A DNA stretch of 64,000 nucleotides from Candidatus Sericytochromatia bacterium (GTDB lineage Bacteria > Cyanobacteriota > Sericytochromatia > S15B-MN24 > UBA4093), in assembly GCA_036676985.1 (NCBI GenBank), contig JAKFBU010000001.1:64001-128000 (forward strand), in the 5' to 3' direction. Below the pieces are notes generated by a model. That model saw only the letters and a program-made list of their open reading frames with translations, did not search any database and had not been told where the DNA came from. Positions 31,845 through 40,975 of the stretch are shown in pieces. Numbering within the stretch: the stretch's first letter is position 1; every line of letters begins with the position of its first letter. The translations under genes and the position numbers were made by a program.

Positions 31845-33052
31845 TGGTTCCGCACCGCCTCAATCTTGGCCGAGATGATCTTCTGGGCGTCCTGGATGGC
31901 CTGGGCAGCCGGCGCCGTATCGGTCATGACCTTCTCGATCGCCTGATCCATCGGCGCCCAGACCTCCTTCATCTCGGGGTTGGGCGGCATGGGGGTGCCC
32001 CAGCGCGCCTGCTCGGCAAAGGCCTGCAGGAGGTCGCCCTCGGGAATCTTGACGTCCCGCACCGCCGGAATGTGGCCCGCCTCCTGCTCGAACAGGAGGG
32101 CCACCTCGGGGCTCGCCATGAACGAGGCGAACTCCACGGCGCGCTTGCGGGCGGGCGCCTGGCTATTGGGGTTGAACATCAGGCACTTGATGCCCACGAA
32201 GGGCACCGCCGGAACGCCCTCCTCGACCATCGGCAGGGTGGCCACGCCGAGCTTGTCGCCGAAGACCTTCTGGTAGTCGCCCAGCGCCCAGGGACCGTTG
32301 ACGGTCATGGCGGCCTTGCCGTCGCGGAACAGGCTGTCCGCCCGGCCGTAATCGCTCTTGGCCGCGATGTAGGGGTGGGTCTTGAGGTCCTTGATGAGCT
32401 TCATCCAGCTCTGGGCTCCTGGCGTGTCGAGCTGGACGGTGCCGTCCGGCTTGAGGAGGCTGCCGCCCATGCCGAACAGGTAGCCCGCGGTGAAGAAGAA
32501 CTGGGTGTTGTAGGCGAGGTAGTAGTCGCCCTTCCAGTAGTCGCGGGAGTTGGCCTGGACGAAGAGCTCCTGCAGGGTGGCGGGGGGCTTCTGGACCAGA
32601 TCCTTGTTGTAGTAGAGGGCGAGGGTCTCCATGCTCTCGGGCAGCGCGTAGAGCTTGCCGTCGTAGCGCAGGGCCGAGAGGGCGACGGGCACGTAGCGGT
32701 CCGTCAATGCCTTGGGCACCACGCCGTCCAGCGGAGCGATGACCTCCGACTGAGCGAACTTGCCCACCCAGTCCGTGAAGCCGACCACCAGATCCGGACC
32801 GCCGTTGGCGGCCGTGGAGCGCAGGTACTTGTCCTGCAGCTTGTCGGAGGGGACCTGCAGGGCCACCACCTCGGTGCCGGGGTTCGCCTCGCGGTAACGG
32901 GCGATCGCCTTCTTGAGGGCGGAAAGCTCGGCGCCGCCCCAGGGGTGCCAGAGAGTGACGGAAGACTGGGCGGAGGACTGATCACAGCCCGTCAGCGAGA
33001 GCATGACGCCCATGAGGGGGACCGCAAGAAAGCGCTTGGCTTGTCTGAACAC
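31841..33052 (-). CDS. Maltose/maltodextrin-type extracellular solute-binding lipoprotein
   Basis: Lipobox LTGC; GGPDL, YDGKLYALP, LYYNKDL, NGPW, MPPNPEMKEVW. Confidence 0.9.
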   Translation of the reverse strand: MFRQAKRFLAVPLMGVMLSLTGCDQSSAQSSVTLWHPWGGAELSALKKAIARYREANPGTEVVALQVPSDKLQDKYLRSTAANGGPDLVVGFTDWVGKFAQSEVIAPLDGVVPKALTDRYVPVALSALRYDGKLYALPESMETLALYYNKDLVQKPPATLQELFVQANSRDYWKGDYYLAYNTQFFFTAGYLFGMGGSLLKPDGTVQLDTPGAQSWMKLIKDLKTHPYIAAKSDYGRADSLFRDGKAAMTVNGPWALGDYQKVFGDKLGVATLPMVEEGVPAVPFVGIKCLMFNPNSQAPARKRAVEFASFMASPEVALLFEQEAGHIPAVRDVKIPEGDLLQAFAEQARWGTPMPPNPEMKEVWAPMDQAIEKVMTDTAPAAQAIQDAQKIISAKIEAVRNQ

Positions 33053-33254
33053 GCCTGCTCCTAGCTCTGGAGGGAGGGGGAGGGCACCGACGCCGGTTGC
33101 CTCTTTATATCACGCAAAAACAACGAGCGTCAACGCGGCAAACCGCGGAATTACGGCCTCCCGGCCAAGTTTATCGATCCGACAGGCGAGGGATTGTTAT
33201 ATAATATGAACCATTGCTAAGGGATGTAAATGCACTAACTGCGAGGGTTTCGTC

Positions 33255-34097
33255 ATGAATGCAAAGGGATCCCACCTGATCTCCACAGCCACTGGCGACC
33301 CCACTGGCCCTACTCCCGATCTGCTGCTCCAGCTGGCCCTGCTCAACCGGGCGCTCGGCGAGCAGCTGTCCATGCTGCAGCAGCAGTACGAGTCGGTGGA
33401 CGCCGACGTGCTCGCCAACATCGGCCATGAGCTGCGGACGCCCCTGACCATCATCCAGGGCCTCTCCGAGATCCTGCTCGACGAGCTGGGCAACGGCAAG
33501 CTCGACCCGGAGCAGCACCAGGACTTCCTGCGCCAGATCCACCGGGCCTCGGTGTCCCTCGGCAAGCTCATCGAGACGAGCATCATGCTCACCAAGATCA
33601 ACTCCGGGCACCTGACGCTCCACATGCAGCCCCTCAACGTCGCCGAGGCCATCGAGCGGGTCATCAGCCAGTACGGCGAGGAGCTGAGCGCCAAGGAGCT
33701 GCGCGTCGAGATCCTCAGCCCCTCCGACCTGCCCCTGGTATGGGCGGACGGCTTCTGCCTCGAGCTCGCCCTCCAGGCCCTCTACGACAACGCCATCAAG
33801 TTCAACCACCCGGCCGGCGCCATCACCTGGTCCCTGCGCTGCGAGGGCGAGTTCGTCGAGGTCGCCGTGACGGACTCGGGCGTGGGCATCCCCCCGGAAA
33901 AGCTCGCGTCCCTCTTCGCGGTCTTCGGCCAGCTCGAGAGCGGCCCGACCCGGCGGTTCGGGGGGCTCGGCCTGGGCCTGCCGCTGGTGCGCAAGCTCCT
34001 CGAGAGCCTGGGCGGCGACATCTCGGCCCAGAGCGCCGGGCTCAACGCGGGCGCCACCTTCACCTTCACGCTGAAGCAGGCGTCTATGGTATCTTAA
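33255..34097 (+). CDS. Soluble histidine kinase (HisKA + HATPase, no evident sensor domain)
   Basis: H-box HELRTPL, N-box DNAIKF, DSGVGI, GGLGLGL. Confidence 0.9.
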   Translation: MNAKGSHLISTATGDPTGPTPDLLLQLALLNRALGEQLSMLQQQYESVDADVLANIGHELRTPLTIIQGLSEILLDELGNGKLDPEQHQDFLRQIHRASVSLGKLIETSIMLTKINSGHLTLHMQPLNVAEAIERVISQYGEELSAKELRVEILSPSDLPLVWADGFCLELALQALYDNAIKFNHPAGAITWSLRCEGEFVEVAVTDSGVGIPPEKLASLFAVFGQLESGPTRRFGGLGLGLPLVRKLLESLGGDISAQSAGLNAGATFTFTLKQASMVS

Positions 34098-34138
34098 GGG
34101 CACCTCGCGCCCGAGATCCGCGCCGCAAAGGGGACCCT

Positions 34139-34900
34139 GTGACCATCCTCGACGAGATCCTCGCCTCCAAGGCCCGTGAAGTTGCCGCCATGCCGACTCC
34201 GCCGGCCTCGACCACCGGTCCCGCCCGCAGCCTGATCGACAGCCTGCGGCACCACGGGCCCGTGGCCCTCATCGCCGAGATCAAGCACAAGTCCCCCAGC
34301 CGCCCGATGATCCGCGAGGACTTCGACCCGCCCTCCATGGCCCGGGCCTACGAGGCAGGCGGGGCCGCCGCCCTCTCGGTGCTCACGGACGGCCCCTACT
34401 TCGGCGGCAGCCTGTCCGACCTCCAGGCCGCCCGCGCCGAGGTCGCCCTGCCCGTCCTCCGCAAGGACTTCCTCATCGACCCCCGGCAGGTCCACGAGGC
34501 GCGCGCCGCGGGCGCCGACGCCGTCCTGCTCATCGCAGCGGCCCTCGACGACGACGCCTTGCGCCGCATGGCCGCCACCTGCTGCGAGGTGGGCGTCGAG
34601 TACCTGCTCGAGGTCCACACCGCCGAGGAGATGGACCGGGCTCTCGCGCTCGGGGCTCCGCTCGTCGGCATCAACAACCGAGACCTCAAGACCTTCCAGC
34701 TGGACCTGCAGGTCACCCGCGAGCTCGCCCAGCGGGCCAAGAATGCCGAGCGGCCGCCCTTTCTGGTCAGCGAGAGCGGAATCTACACCTCCGACGACCG
34801 CCGGCTGCTCGAGAGCTGGGGGATCGGGGCGATGCTCGTCGGAGAGAGCCTCTTGCGCAAGCCCGACCTGCGTGAGGCCGTCCAGCACCTGCTCGCATGA
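34139..34900 (+). CDS. trpC: Indole-3-glycerol phosphate synthase
   Basis: IAEIKHKSPS, LSVLTD, LRKDF, GINNRDL, VSESGI; GTG start. Confidence 0.97.
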   Translation: MTILDEILASKAREVAAMPTPPASTTGPARSLIDSLRHHGPVALIAEIKHKSPSRPMIREDFDPPSMARAYEAGGAAALSVLTDGPYFGGSLSDLQAARAEVALPVLRKDFLIDPRQVHEARAAGADAVLLIAAALDDDALRRMAATCCEVGVEYLLEVHTAEEMDRALALGAPLVGINNRDLKTFQLDLQVTRELAQRAKNAERPPFLVSESGIYTSDDRRLLESWGIGAMLVGESLLRKPDLREAVQHLLA

Positions 34901-35520
34901 CCCGGATCAAGATTTGCGGCCTGACCCGGCCCGAGGACGTGCGGCTCGCGGTCGCCTCCGGGGCGGACGCCGTGGGCTTCGTGCACGTGCCCCGCTCCAA
35001 GCGCCATGTGGATAGCCATGGCATCGCCGGGCTGTGCGCCGCGGCCGGGCCCATGGTCGCGCGGGTGGCCGTCGTCGCCGACCTGCCCCTCGAAGAGGCC
35101 CTCGCCCTCGCCACGAACGCCCCCCTCACGGTGCTCCAGCTGCACGGTCAGGAGTCGCCCGACTACGTGCGGGCCCTGCGCGATCGCCTCGACCCCAAGG
35201 TCGCCCTGTGGCGAGCCGTGCGGGGGGACTCGGCGGACGCCCGCCGGGAGGCCCAGGCCCTCACGAACGTGGTCGAGGCCCTCTTGCTCGACTCGGATGG
35301 CGGCGGCAGCGGCACGCCGTTCGACTGGGCGAGCGCCGAGGGTTTCCGCCCGTCCTGTCCCGTCATCCTGGCGGGCGGCCTCACGGCCGACAACGTGGCG
35401 GAGGCCATCCGGCGCCTCTCGCCCTATGCCGTCGACGTCTCGAGCGGCGTCGAGTCGGCGCCGGGACTCAAGGACGCCGCGCGGATTCATGCTTTCTTCA
35501 CGGCGGTGCGGGCCGTCTAG
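34897..35520 (+). CDS. trpF: Phosphoribosylanthranilate isomerase
   Basis: IKICGLT, QLHGQE, GGGSGTPFDW, LAGGL, VDVSSGVE. Confidence 0.97.
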   Translation: MTRIKICGLTRPEDVRLAVASGADAVGFVHVPRSKRHVDSHGIAGLCAAAGPMVARVAVVADLPLEEALALATNAPLTVLQLHGQESPDYVRALRDRLDPKVALWRAVRGDSADARREAQALTNVVEALLLDSDGGGSGTPFDWASAEGFRPSCPVILAGGLTADNVAEAIRRLSPYAVDVSSGVESAPGLKDAARIHAFFTAVRAV

Positions 35521-35571
35521 ACGTTTTTGCCCTCCGGCGGCCGGGTATACGACCAGCCGGGAGGACCTAGC

Positions 35572-36660
35572 GTGCGTGCGATTGACCTAGACAAGGCCCA
35601 ACCGGGAATGGTGCTCGCCAAGAGCATCTACTCGGCGGATGGGCGCCCCTTGCTCCGCGAGGGAACGGCCCTGACGGACCGCTACATCACCGCCCTGCGG
35701 TCGATGAAGTACAGCTTCATCTACGTGGTGGACCCCCACGCGCCCGAGATCCAGATTCCCGACACCATCCACGAGGAGCTGCGCCAGGAGGCGATCGCCA
35801 TCATCCGGCAGACCTTCGGCGAGCCGGGCGCCCAGCAGCCGCCCAAGCTCGGGGCCCACATCCAGGCCGTGTCCCAGGTGGCCAAGCAGATCGTCGAGGC
35901 GATCCTGGCCAACCGGGACATCTCCATCCAGATGGCCGACATCAAGAGCCACGACAACTACACCTTCGCCCACAGCGTGAACGTGTGCGTCATCGGCACC
36001 ATCCTGGGCGTCCGCCTGGGCCTCGATCAGGTGCGTCTCAAGGACCTGGCCCTCGGCCTCATCATGCACGACGTCGGCAAGCTGGGCGTGCCCCGCGAGA
36101 TCCTGGAGAAGCCGGGCAAGCTCACCGAGACCGAGTTCGAGCAGATGAAGGAACACTGCCGGGCGGGCTTCGACACCATGCGCGGCCTATCGAGCATCTC
36201 GGCCCACGCCAAGATCGTCATCCTCCAGCACCACGAGAAGTACGACGGCACGGGCTACCCCAAGGGCCTGCAGGGCGAGGACATCCACCTCAACGCCCAG
36301 ATCGGGGCCATCGCGGACGTCTACGACGCCCTGACCTCCGATCGGGTCTACCGCAAGCGCCTGATGCCCCACGAGGCCATCGAGTACCTCATGACCAACG
36401 CCGGCACCCACTTCAGCGAGAACCTGGTGGCGACCTTCGTCTCCAGCGTGGCTCCCTACCCGCCCGGCACCTACCTGCGCCTCTCCACCGGCGAGGTGGG
36501 CGTGGTCATGCACGTGGACATGAAGCTCGCGAGCCGCCCCATGGTCAAGCTCATCCAGAGCGCCGAGGGTCAAACGCTCCAGGGCGCGGACGTCAAGGTC
36601 GTCGACCTCAAGCGTACGCCCGGCGTCACCATCACCAAGGTCCTCACCGAGCTCTCTTGA
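35572..36660 (+). CDS. HD-GYP domain cyclic-dinucleotide phosphodiesterase
   Basis: HSVNV, HDVGK, HHEKYDGTGYP, ADVYDAL. Confidence 0.93.
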   Translation: MRAIDLDKAQPGMVLAKSIYSADGRPLLREGTALTDRYITALRSMKYSFIYVVDPHAPEIQIPDTIHEELRQEAIAIIRQTFGEPGAQQPPKLGAHIQAVSQVAKQIVEAILANRDISIQMADIKSHDNYTFAHSVNVCVIGTILGVRLGLDQVRLKDLALGLIMHDVGKLGVPREILEKPGKLTETEFEQMKEHCRAGFDTMRGLSSISAHAKIVILQHHEKYDGTGYPKGLQGEDIHLNAQIGAIADVYDALTSDRVYRKRLMPHEAIEYLMTNAGTHFSENLVATFVSSVAPYPPGTYLRLSTGEVGVVMHVDMKLASRPMVKLIQSAEGQTLQGADVKVVDLKRTPGVTITKVLTELS

Positions 36661-36713
36661 GGTGCGATCGCTCAGAGGGTAGACTGGCAGAGCCCAGCTA
36701 CCCGGAGGATCGC

Positions 36714-37601
36714 ATGAACTACCTGGAAATCGCCGTCACCGTCCCCGCTCACGTGGCCGAATCGGTCGCATGGGCCCTGACCGAGCAGGGCCTGCCCGGC
36801 GTGGTCATCGAGGAGCGCAAGCCCGGCGAGGCGGCGCGCGAGACCTCCACCCTCAAGGCCTACTTGCCCGAGATCCCGACGGCCGTCTCCCTGGGCGACC
36901 TGCGCACCGCCATCTCGCGGACCCTCGAGAGCACGGCTCCCGGCGCGACCTTCGAGGTCGCCACCCGGACCGTCCCCGAGGAGGACTGGGCCACCAGCTG
37001 GCAGCAGTACTGGCACGTCCAGAAAATCGGCGATCGCCTCGTGGTCCGTCCCTCGTGGGAGGAGTACGAGCCGGCTCCCGACGAGGTCGTCATCACCCTC
37101 GACCCCAAGCAGGCCTTCGGCACGGGCACCCACCCCACCACGCGGCTGTGCATGCGCATCCTCGAGCGAGTGGCCGCCCGGGGTCCTTTGGGCACGGTCT
37201 TCGACGTGGGCGCGGGCTCGGGCATCCTCGCCATCGCGGCCCTCCTGCTCGGCGCCCCCGAGGCCGTCGCCGTGGACACGGACCCGGTGGCCGTCGCGGC
37301 CGCTGAGGAGAACGCCGAGATCAACCAGGTCACCGACCGCATGCGCAACCTGGTAGGCAGCTCGGACGCCTGGGAGGGCCAGGCCCCCATCGTCTTCGCC
37401 AACATCCTCGCCGAGGTCATCATCGAGATTGCCCAGGACCTCTACGACCACACGGCACCCGGCGGCACGCTCATCGCCTCGGGCATCATCGAGCGAAAAG
37501 CCGACGCCGTGGAGCAGAAGCTCCAGAGCGTCGGCTTCGAGGTCGTGAGCCGCGAGCAAGAGGGTGAGTGGGTCGGGATCGAGGCAAAGCGCCCCGGCTA
37601 G
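36714..37601 (+). CDS. prmA: Ribosomal protein L11 methyltransferase
   Basis: EEDWATSWQQYW, LDPKQAFGTGTHPTT, DVGAGSGIL, ANILAE; GGAGG RBS. Confidence 0.95.
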   Translation: MNYLEIAVTVPAHVAESVAWALTEQGLPGVVIEERKPGEAARETSTLKAYLPEIPTAVSLGDLRTAISRTLESTAPGATFEVATRTVPEEDWATSWQQYWHVQKIGDRLVVRPSWEEYEPAPDEVVITLDPKQAFGTGTHPTTRLCMRILERVAARGPLGTVFDVGAGSGILAIAALLLGAPEAVAVDTDPVAVAAAEENAEINQVTDRMRNLVGSSDAWEGQAPIVFANILAEVIIEIAQDLYDHTAPGGTLIASGIIERKADAVEQKLQSVGFEVVSREQEGEWVGIEAKRPG

Positions 37602-38248
37602 TCCCCGATCGAGCCCTCGGCGGTCAGTCGTCCGGTGCCCTCGGCGTTGGTCTTGCCCTTGCCGGCGACGAAGTAGAACTGCTCGGCGTTCGGCCCGATC
37701 ATGGCCACGCCGTAGCCGTTCATCCGGTATGAATAGAGGCCATAGGCGTCATCCGCACTGATGTTGCTCAGCTCGTGCAGCCACAGGTAGCGGCTGCCGC
37801 TGCCGCTCGGGTCCCGCCGGAAGTAGTACATGCGGCCGCGATCCAGCACCGTCGGGGTGGGTGAGCTGAAGGCCGTGCCGCCGGCGGCCGTGCCGATCTC
37901 GGTCATGCTGCCGACGGCGTCGTTGCCCTGGATGAAATCCTGTTGATCGACCGTGCCGGCGGAGACCGTAAAGGTGCCGCCCCACGGGCTCTTGTTGAAA
38001 TCGTCCGGCCGCCGGGTCTTCCACACGGTCCGGAGCTGGCCCATGCTCGGCAACGCGAAGTTCCGCTGCTCCATCTCCTCGACGAGGAGCGCCAAGGTTT
38101 GCAGTTTTTCCTTGGCTGCCGTGTTCGCCGCATTCAGCTTGGTCTGCTGGTACAGGACCACTGCCCCCGCGAGGACGATCACACCGATCACGATGGCCAA
38201 CGAGACCTCGATGAGGGTAAAACCGGCTTGTCGTTCGGCTTGGCGCAT
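37598..38248 (-). CDS. Type IV pilin-like protein
   Basis: RQAG|FTLIEVSLAIVIGVIVLAG class III signal; strong RBS. Confidence 0.88.
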   Translation of the reverse strand: MRQAERQAGFTLIEVSLAIVIGVIVLAGAVVLYQQTKLNAANTAAKEKLQTLALLVEEMEQRNFALPSMGQLRTVWKTRRPDDFNKSPWGGTFTVSAGTVDQQDFIQGNDAVGSMTEIGTAAGGTAFSSPTPTVLDRGRMYYFRRDPSGSGSRYLWLHELSNISADDAYGLYSYRMNGYGVAMIGPNAEQFYFVAGKGKTNAEGTGRLTAEGSIGD

Positions 38249-38378
38249 ATCCCCCCTCTAACATTTCTGTAACAGGCAACTTTACTATACCCCAAGTGGG
38301 CTGAATCTCAATAGCTGAGCCATTACAGATCCTAATGACGTCCTCGACGCTCGACTGGTTAAGCAAGCGTGTGTTACC

Positions 38379-39215
38379 ATGCCCCTTATGCGGAGCCAAC
38401 TCCTCGAACGAACCGTCCTCTGTCTCTTCCTGGCCTTCCAGGGGGTTCCGGCCCTGGCCGCGGAACCGGAGGCAGTCCCGGACGCCAGCGTCTCCATCGA
38501 CGCCACGTCTTCCCTCCAGGCCGCCACCGCCTCAAATCCCGTCATCGTGCCCTTCGTCATGGCGGAGGACACCCAGGGCCGTCCGGGCTCTTCACGAGTC
38601 TGGATCAAGGGCAAGGTAGCCTTGAGCTTCGACGAGGATCGCGGGGTCAAGGCCAAGCTGCTGGCTGATCGACTCGCCACGCTGCAGAAGCGCGGCCTGC
38701 TGCAACCCGACCGGATCATGCCCGGTCGCCGGGGCAAGCTCTACGTCGTGAGCCTGGGGCGCGAGGATCTCCTGACCTTCGACGAACGGTTCGCCCGTCG
38801 CCAGGACGTGGCCCCCACCACCCTGACCATGCGCTACGTCAACCAGCTCCGCTCGGCGCTCGGCGGTCGCGACCTCCAGGACCACATGGTCAAGACCGCC
38901 TCGCGCGGCGGCTATCCGGCCCGGATCGGGCTCGCTTCCTGGTACGGCGGCTATTTCCACGGTCGCCGGGCGGCGGACGGCTCGCGCTTCAACCAGAACG
39001 ACTTCACGGCCGCCCACAAGAGCCTGCCTTTCGGCACCATGCTCGTGGTCACCAACCTCACGACCCAGAAGAGCACGGTCGTCCGGGTCACGGACCGCGG
39101 GCCCTACGTCCATGGGCGCATGCTGGACCTGAGCAAGGCAGCCGCCAAGGCCATCGGGCTCGTCCAAATGGGCGTCGGCAAGGTCCGCATCACCATCTTC
39201 AAGCCCAAGTCCTAA
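38379..39215 (+). CDS. rlpA: Septal ring lytic transglycosylase RlpA family protein
   Basis: GLASWYG, TAAHKSLPFGT, VRVTDRGP, LDLSKAAA (DPBB domain). Confidence 0.9.
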   Translation: MPLMRSQLLERTVLCLFLAFQGVPALAAEPEAVPDASVSIDATSSLQAATASNPVIVPFVMAEDTQGRPGSSRVWIKGKVALSFDEDRGVKAKLLADRLATLQKRGLLQPDRIMPGRRGKLYVVSLGREDLLTFDERFARRQDVAPTTLTMRYVNQLRSALGGRDLQDHMVKTASRGGYPARIGLASWYGGYFHGRRAADGSRFNQNDFTAAHKSLPFGTMLVVTNLTTQKSTVVRVTDRGPYVHGRMLDLSKAAAKAIGLVQMGVGKVRITIFKPKS

Positions 39216-39216
39216 C

Positions 39217-39795
39217 ATGCGGCTCCGCTTCGAGCGAAGCGCGCTGCATGACTGGCTCGTGAGCCGCGGGGCGCCGGCCGCCCGGGCGATCGCCCCTGTC
39301 TCCTCCCGTATCCCCATCGAGCGCCCGGAAGCCCGGGAGACGGCCTTTCGGCTTGTCCGGGAGGGCCTCGCCTATGCCTGCTACTGCACGCCGACAGAAC
39401 TTGCGGCCATGCGTACGCATCAGGAGTCGCACGGCCGGCCGATGCGCTACGATCGCCGCTGCCTGAGCCTCTATGCGGAGCACCGGGCGGACTACGAGGC
39501 CGCCGGTCGAAAGTCCTGCGTGCGCTTTCGCGTGCCGGAAGGCGGGAGGATGGTGCTGGCGGACCTGCTGCGGGGCGAGGTCACGATCCCGCTCGACGAC
39601 TTGGAGGACTTCGTCCTGCTGGACGCCGAAGGACGTCCCGGCGAGGCCATCGGGGCGGTCCTGGACCACGCGCGGAACGGCGTCACCCACGTGGTGCGGG
39701 ACGAAGACCGCTGGTTGCAAATGTCCCGGGAGCTATTGCTCTACGATGCGCTGGGATGGCAGGCCCCTCGATACGCCCACCTGCGCATGGATTGA
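39217..39795 (+). CDS. Truncated glutamyl-tRNA synthetase-like protein lacking HIGH and KMSKS motifs
   Basis: GLAYACYCTPTEL, YDRRC, VRFRVP, DLLRGEV, DFVLL, GVTHVVRDED and YAHL align by eye to the GluRS core. Confidence 0.75.
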   Translation: MRLRFERSALHDWLVSRGAPAARAIAPVSSRIPIERPEARETAFRLVREGLAYACYCTPTELAAMRTHQESHGRPMRYDRRCLSLYAEHRADYEAAGRKSCVRFRVPEGGRMVLADLLRGEVTIPLDDLEDFVLLDAEGRPGEAIGAVLDHARNGVTHVVRDEDRWLQMSRELLLYDALGWQAPRYAHLRMD

Positions 39796-39869
39796 CGGGC
39801 GCGAGTCGTTCCGGAAGCCAGCGAGTGGCTACCCTGGCCCCCGCATTCGCGAGGGTGACCCCACGTTCG

Positions 39870-40013
39870 CGGGAATGACGGGAGCGCCTACTCACGCGCT
39901 GGGACAGGATACTCGAGTCCTTGCACTTGAAGGGTAAGCCTAAATAGGCAACTCGCGTAATTACACGTGAATGGTGAGCCTGAGTTGGTAACTCGCGCAC
40001 CCACAACAACCGT
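39870..40013 (-). ncRNA. ssrS: Probable 6S RNA
   Basis: Closing stems GGGUGCGC/GCGCUCCC and GCUCAC/GUGAGU, central bubble, CGAGUU/GACUCG stem and branched terminal hairpins; lower-GC intergenic location; ends approximate. Confidence 0.55.
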
Positions 40014-40046
40014 TCACACTGAGGCTCTCGAAGTGCGAACGACTCC

Positions 40047-40880
40047 TTATTCCCCGTCCGTCGGCGGCTTCTTGAACCCGCCGAACTTCGATAGGAACCC
40101 CGGAGCCATGTCCTGGGCCTTCTTGAGCAGACCGCTGCCCCGATCCTTGAGTCCTGGAGCGGCCTCCTGGGCCTTACGCAGCATGTCCACGCCTCGGTCC
40201 AGAAGGGGCTCGAAGGCTGCCAGCTGCGGCGTCTCCTTGACCACCTTGGAGAGCTTGTCGATGGCGGCCTCCCCGAGCGGCTCGGGGGTTGCCGGGACGG
40301 GCGACGGTGGCGGAAGGGGCTGGGTGAAGGACGGCTTCTTCATCGGCGGGAACATTTTCCCGAGGAGCGGCCGACCGGCGAACACCACCGAGAAGTTGTA
40401 CAGCGGATAGAGGCTGCCCCGGAACTTCGAGAGGCTGAACCCCTCGACCTTCCCCACCTCCAGCTGGGCGGTCTCGAACTGCGCGAGGGCGTCCTGCGCC
40501 TCCAGGAGGGACTCCTCGGCGAGGGCGAACTGCCGCACGAGGATCTGGGCCTTGCGGCGCAGCTCGGTATCCTCCATGAACTGCACGCCGATCTCCAGGG
40601 TGTAGGCCTGCTCGTTCTCGATGACGCCCGTGAAGATCCGGCTCATGTCCTCTTCGGCGGCGCCGATGGACGCGATCGCCCGATCCAGGACCCGGATGCG
40701 CGGCCGCATGGTGTTGACGACGCGCTCGCCATGCTCGACCTCGGTCGCCAGCACGTGGCGGTGGAGGATCTGCTCGCCGCCGGGCGGCAACGGAGCGAGC
40801 GGGCCCGAGGTGGACATGAAGCCATCCAGGGGAGTGGTGCCGCGCGTCCGGGGGCCCCCCGGCTGATTGGGAAACGTCAT
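40047..40880 (-). CDS. Hypothetical protein
   Basis: Long ORF with genome-typical codon usage; GGAGG upstream of the MTFPN start. Confidence 0.7.
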   Translation of the reverse strand: MTFPNQPGGPRTRGTTPLDGFMSTSGPLAPLPPGGEQILHRHVLATEVEHGERVVNTMRPRIRVLDRAIASIGAAEEDMSRIFTGVIENEQAYTLEIGVQFMEDTELRRKAQILVRQFALAEESLLEAQDALAQFETAQLEVGKVEGFSLSKFRGSLYPLYNFSVVFAGRPLLGKMFPPMKKPSFTQPLPPPSPVPATPEPLGEAAIDKLSKVVKETPQLAAFEPLLDRGVDMLRKAQEAAPGLKDRGSGLLKKAQDMAPGFLSKFGGFKKPPTDGE

Positions 40881-40975
40881 GCGATTCCTCCGCACCGACC
40901 ATCGGCAAGCAGTGGATCTTGTACCCCGAACGACGGCTGGCTACGCGGGTCTTGCGGGTATGGGGGCCTATCGCG

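Noticed and set aside
33740-34138. Extended N-termini of trpC, prmA (35985) and the FtsH-region ORF 51558-54212
   Set aside because: They overlap neighbouring real genes; downstream starts match family N-termini, most with a clear RBS
39217-39795. Calling the GluRS-like ORF gltX or gluQ
   Set aside because: It lacks the HIGH and KMSKS motifs and the anticodon domain, so it cannot be assigned as a functional synthetase
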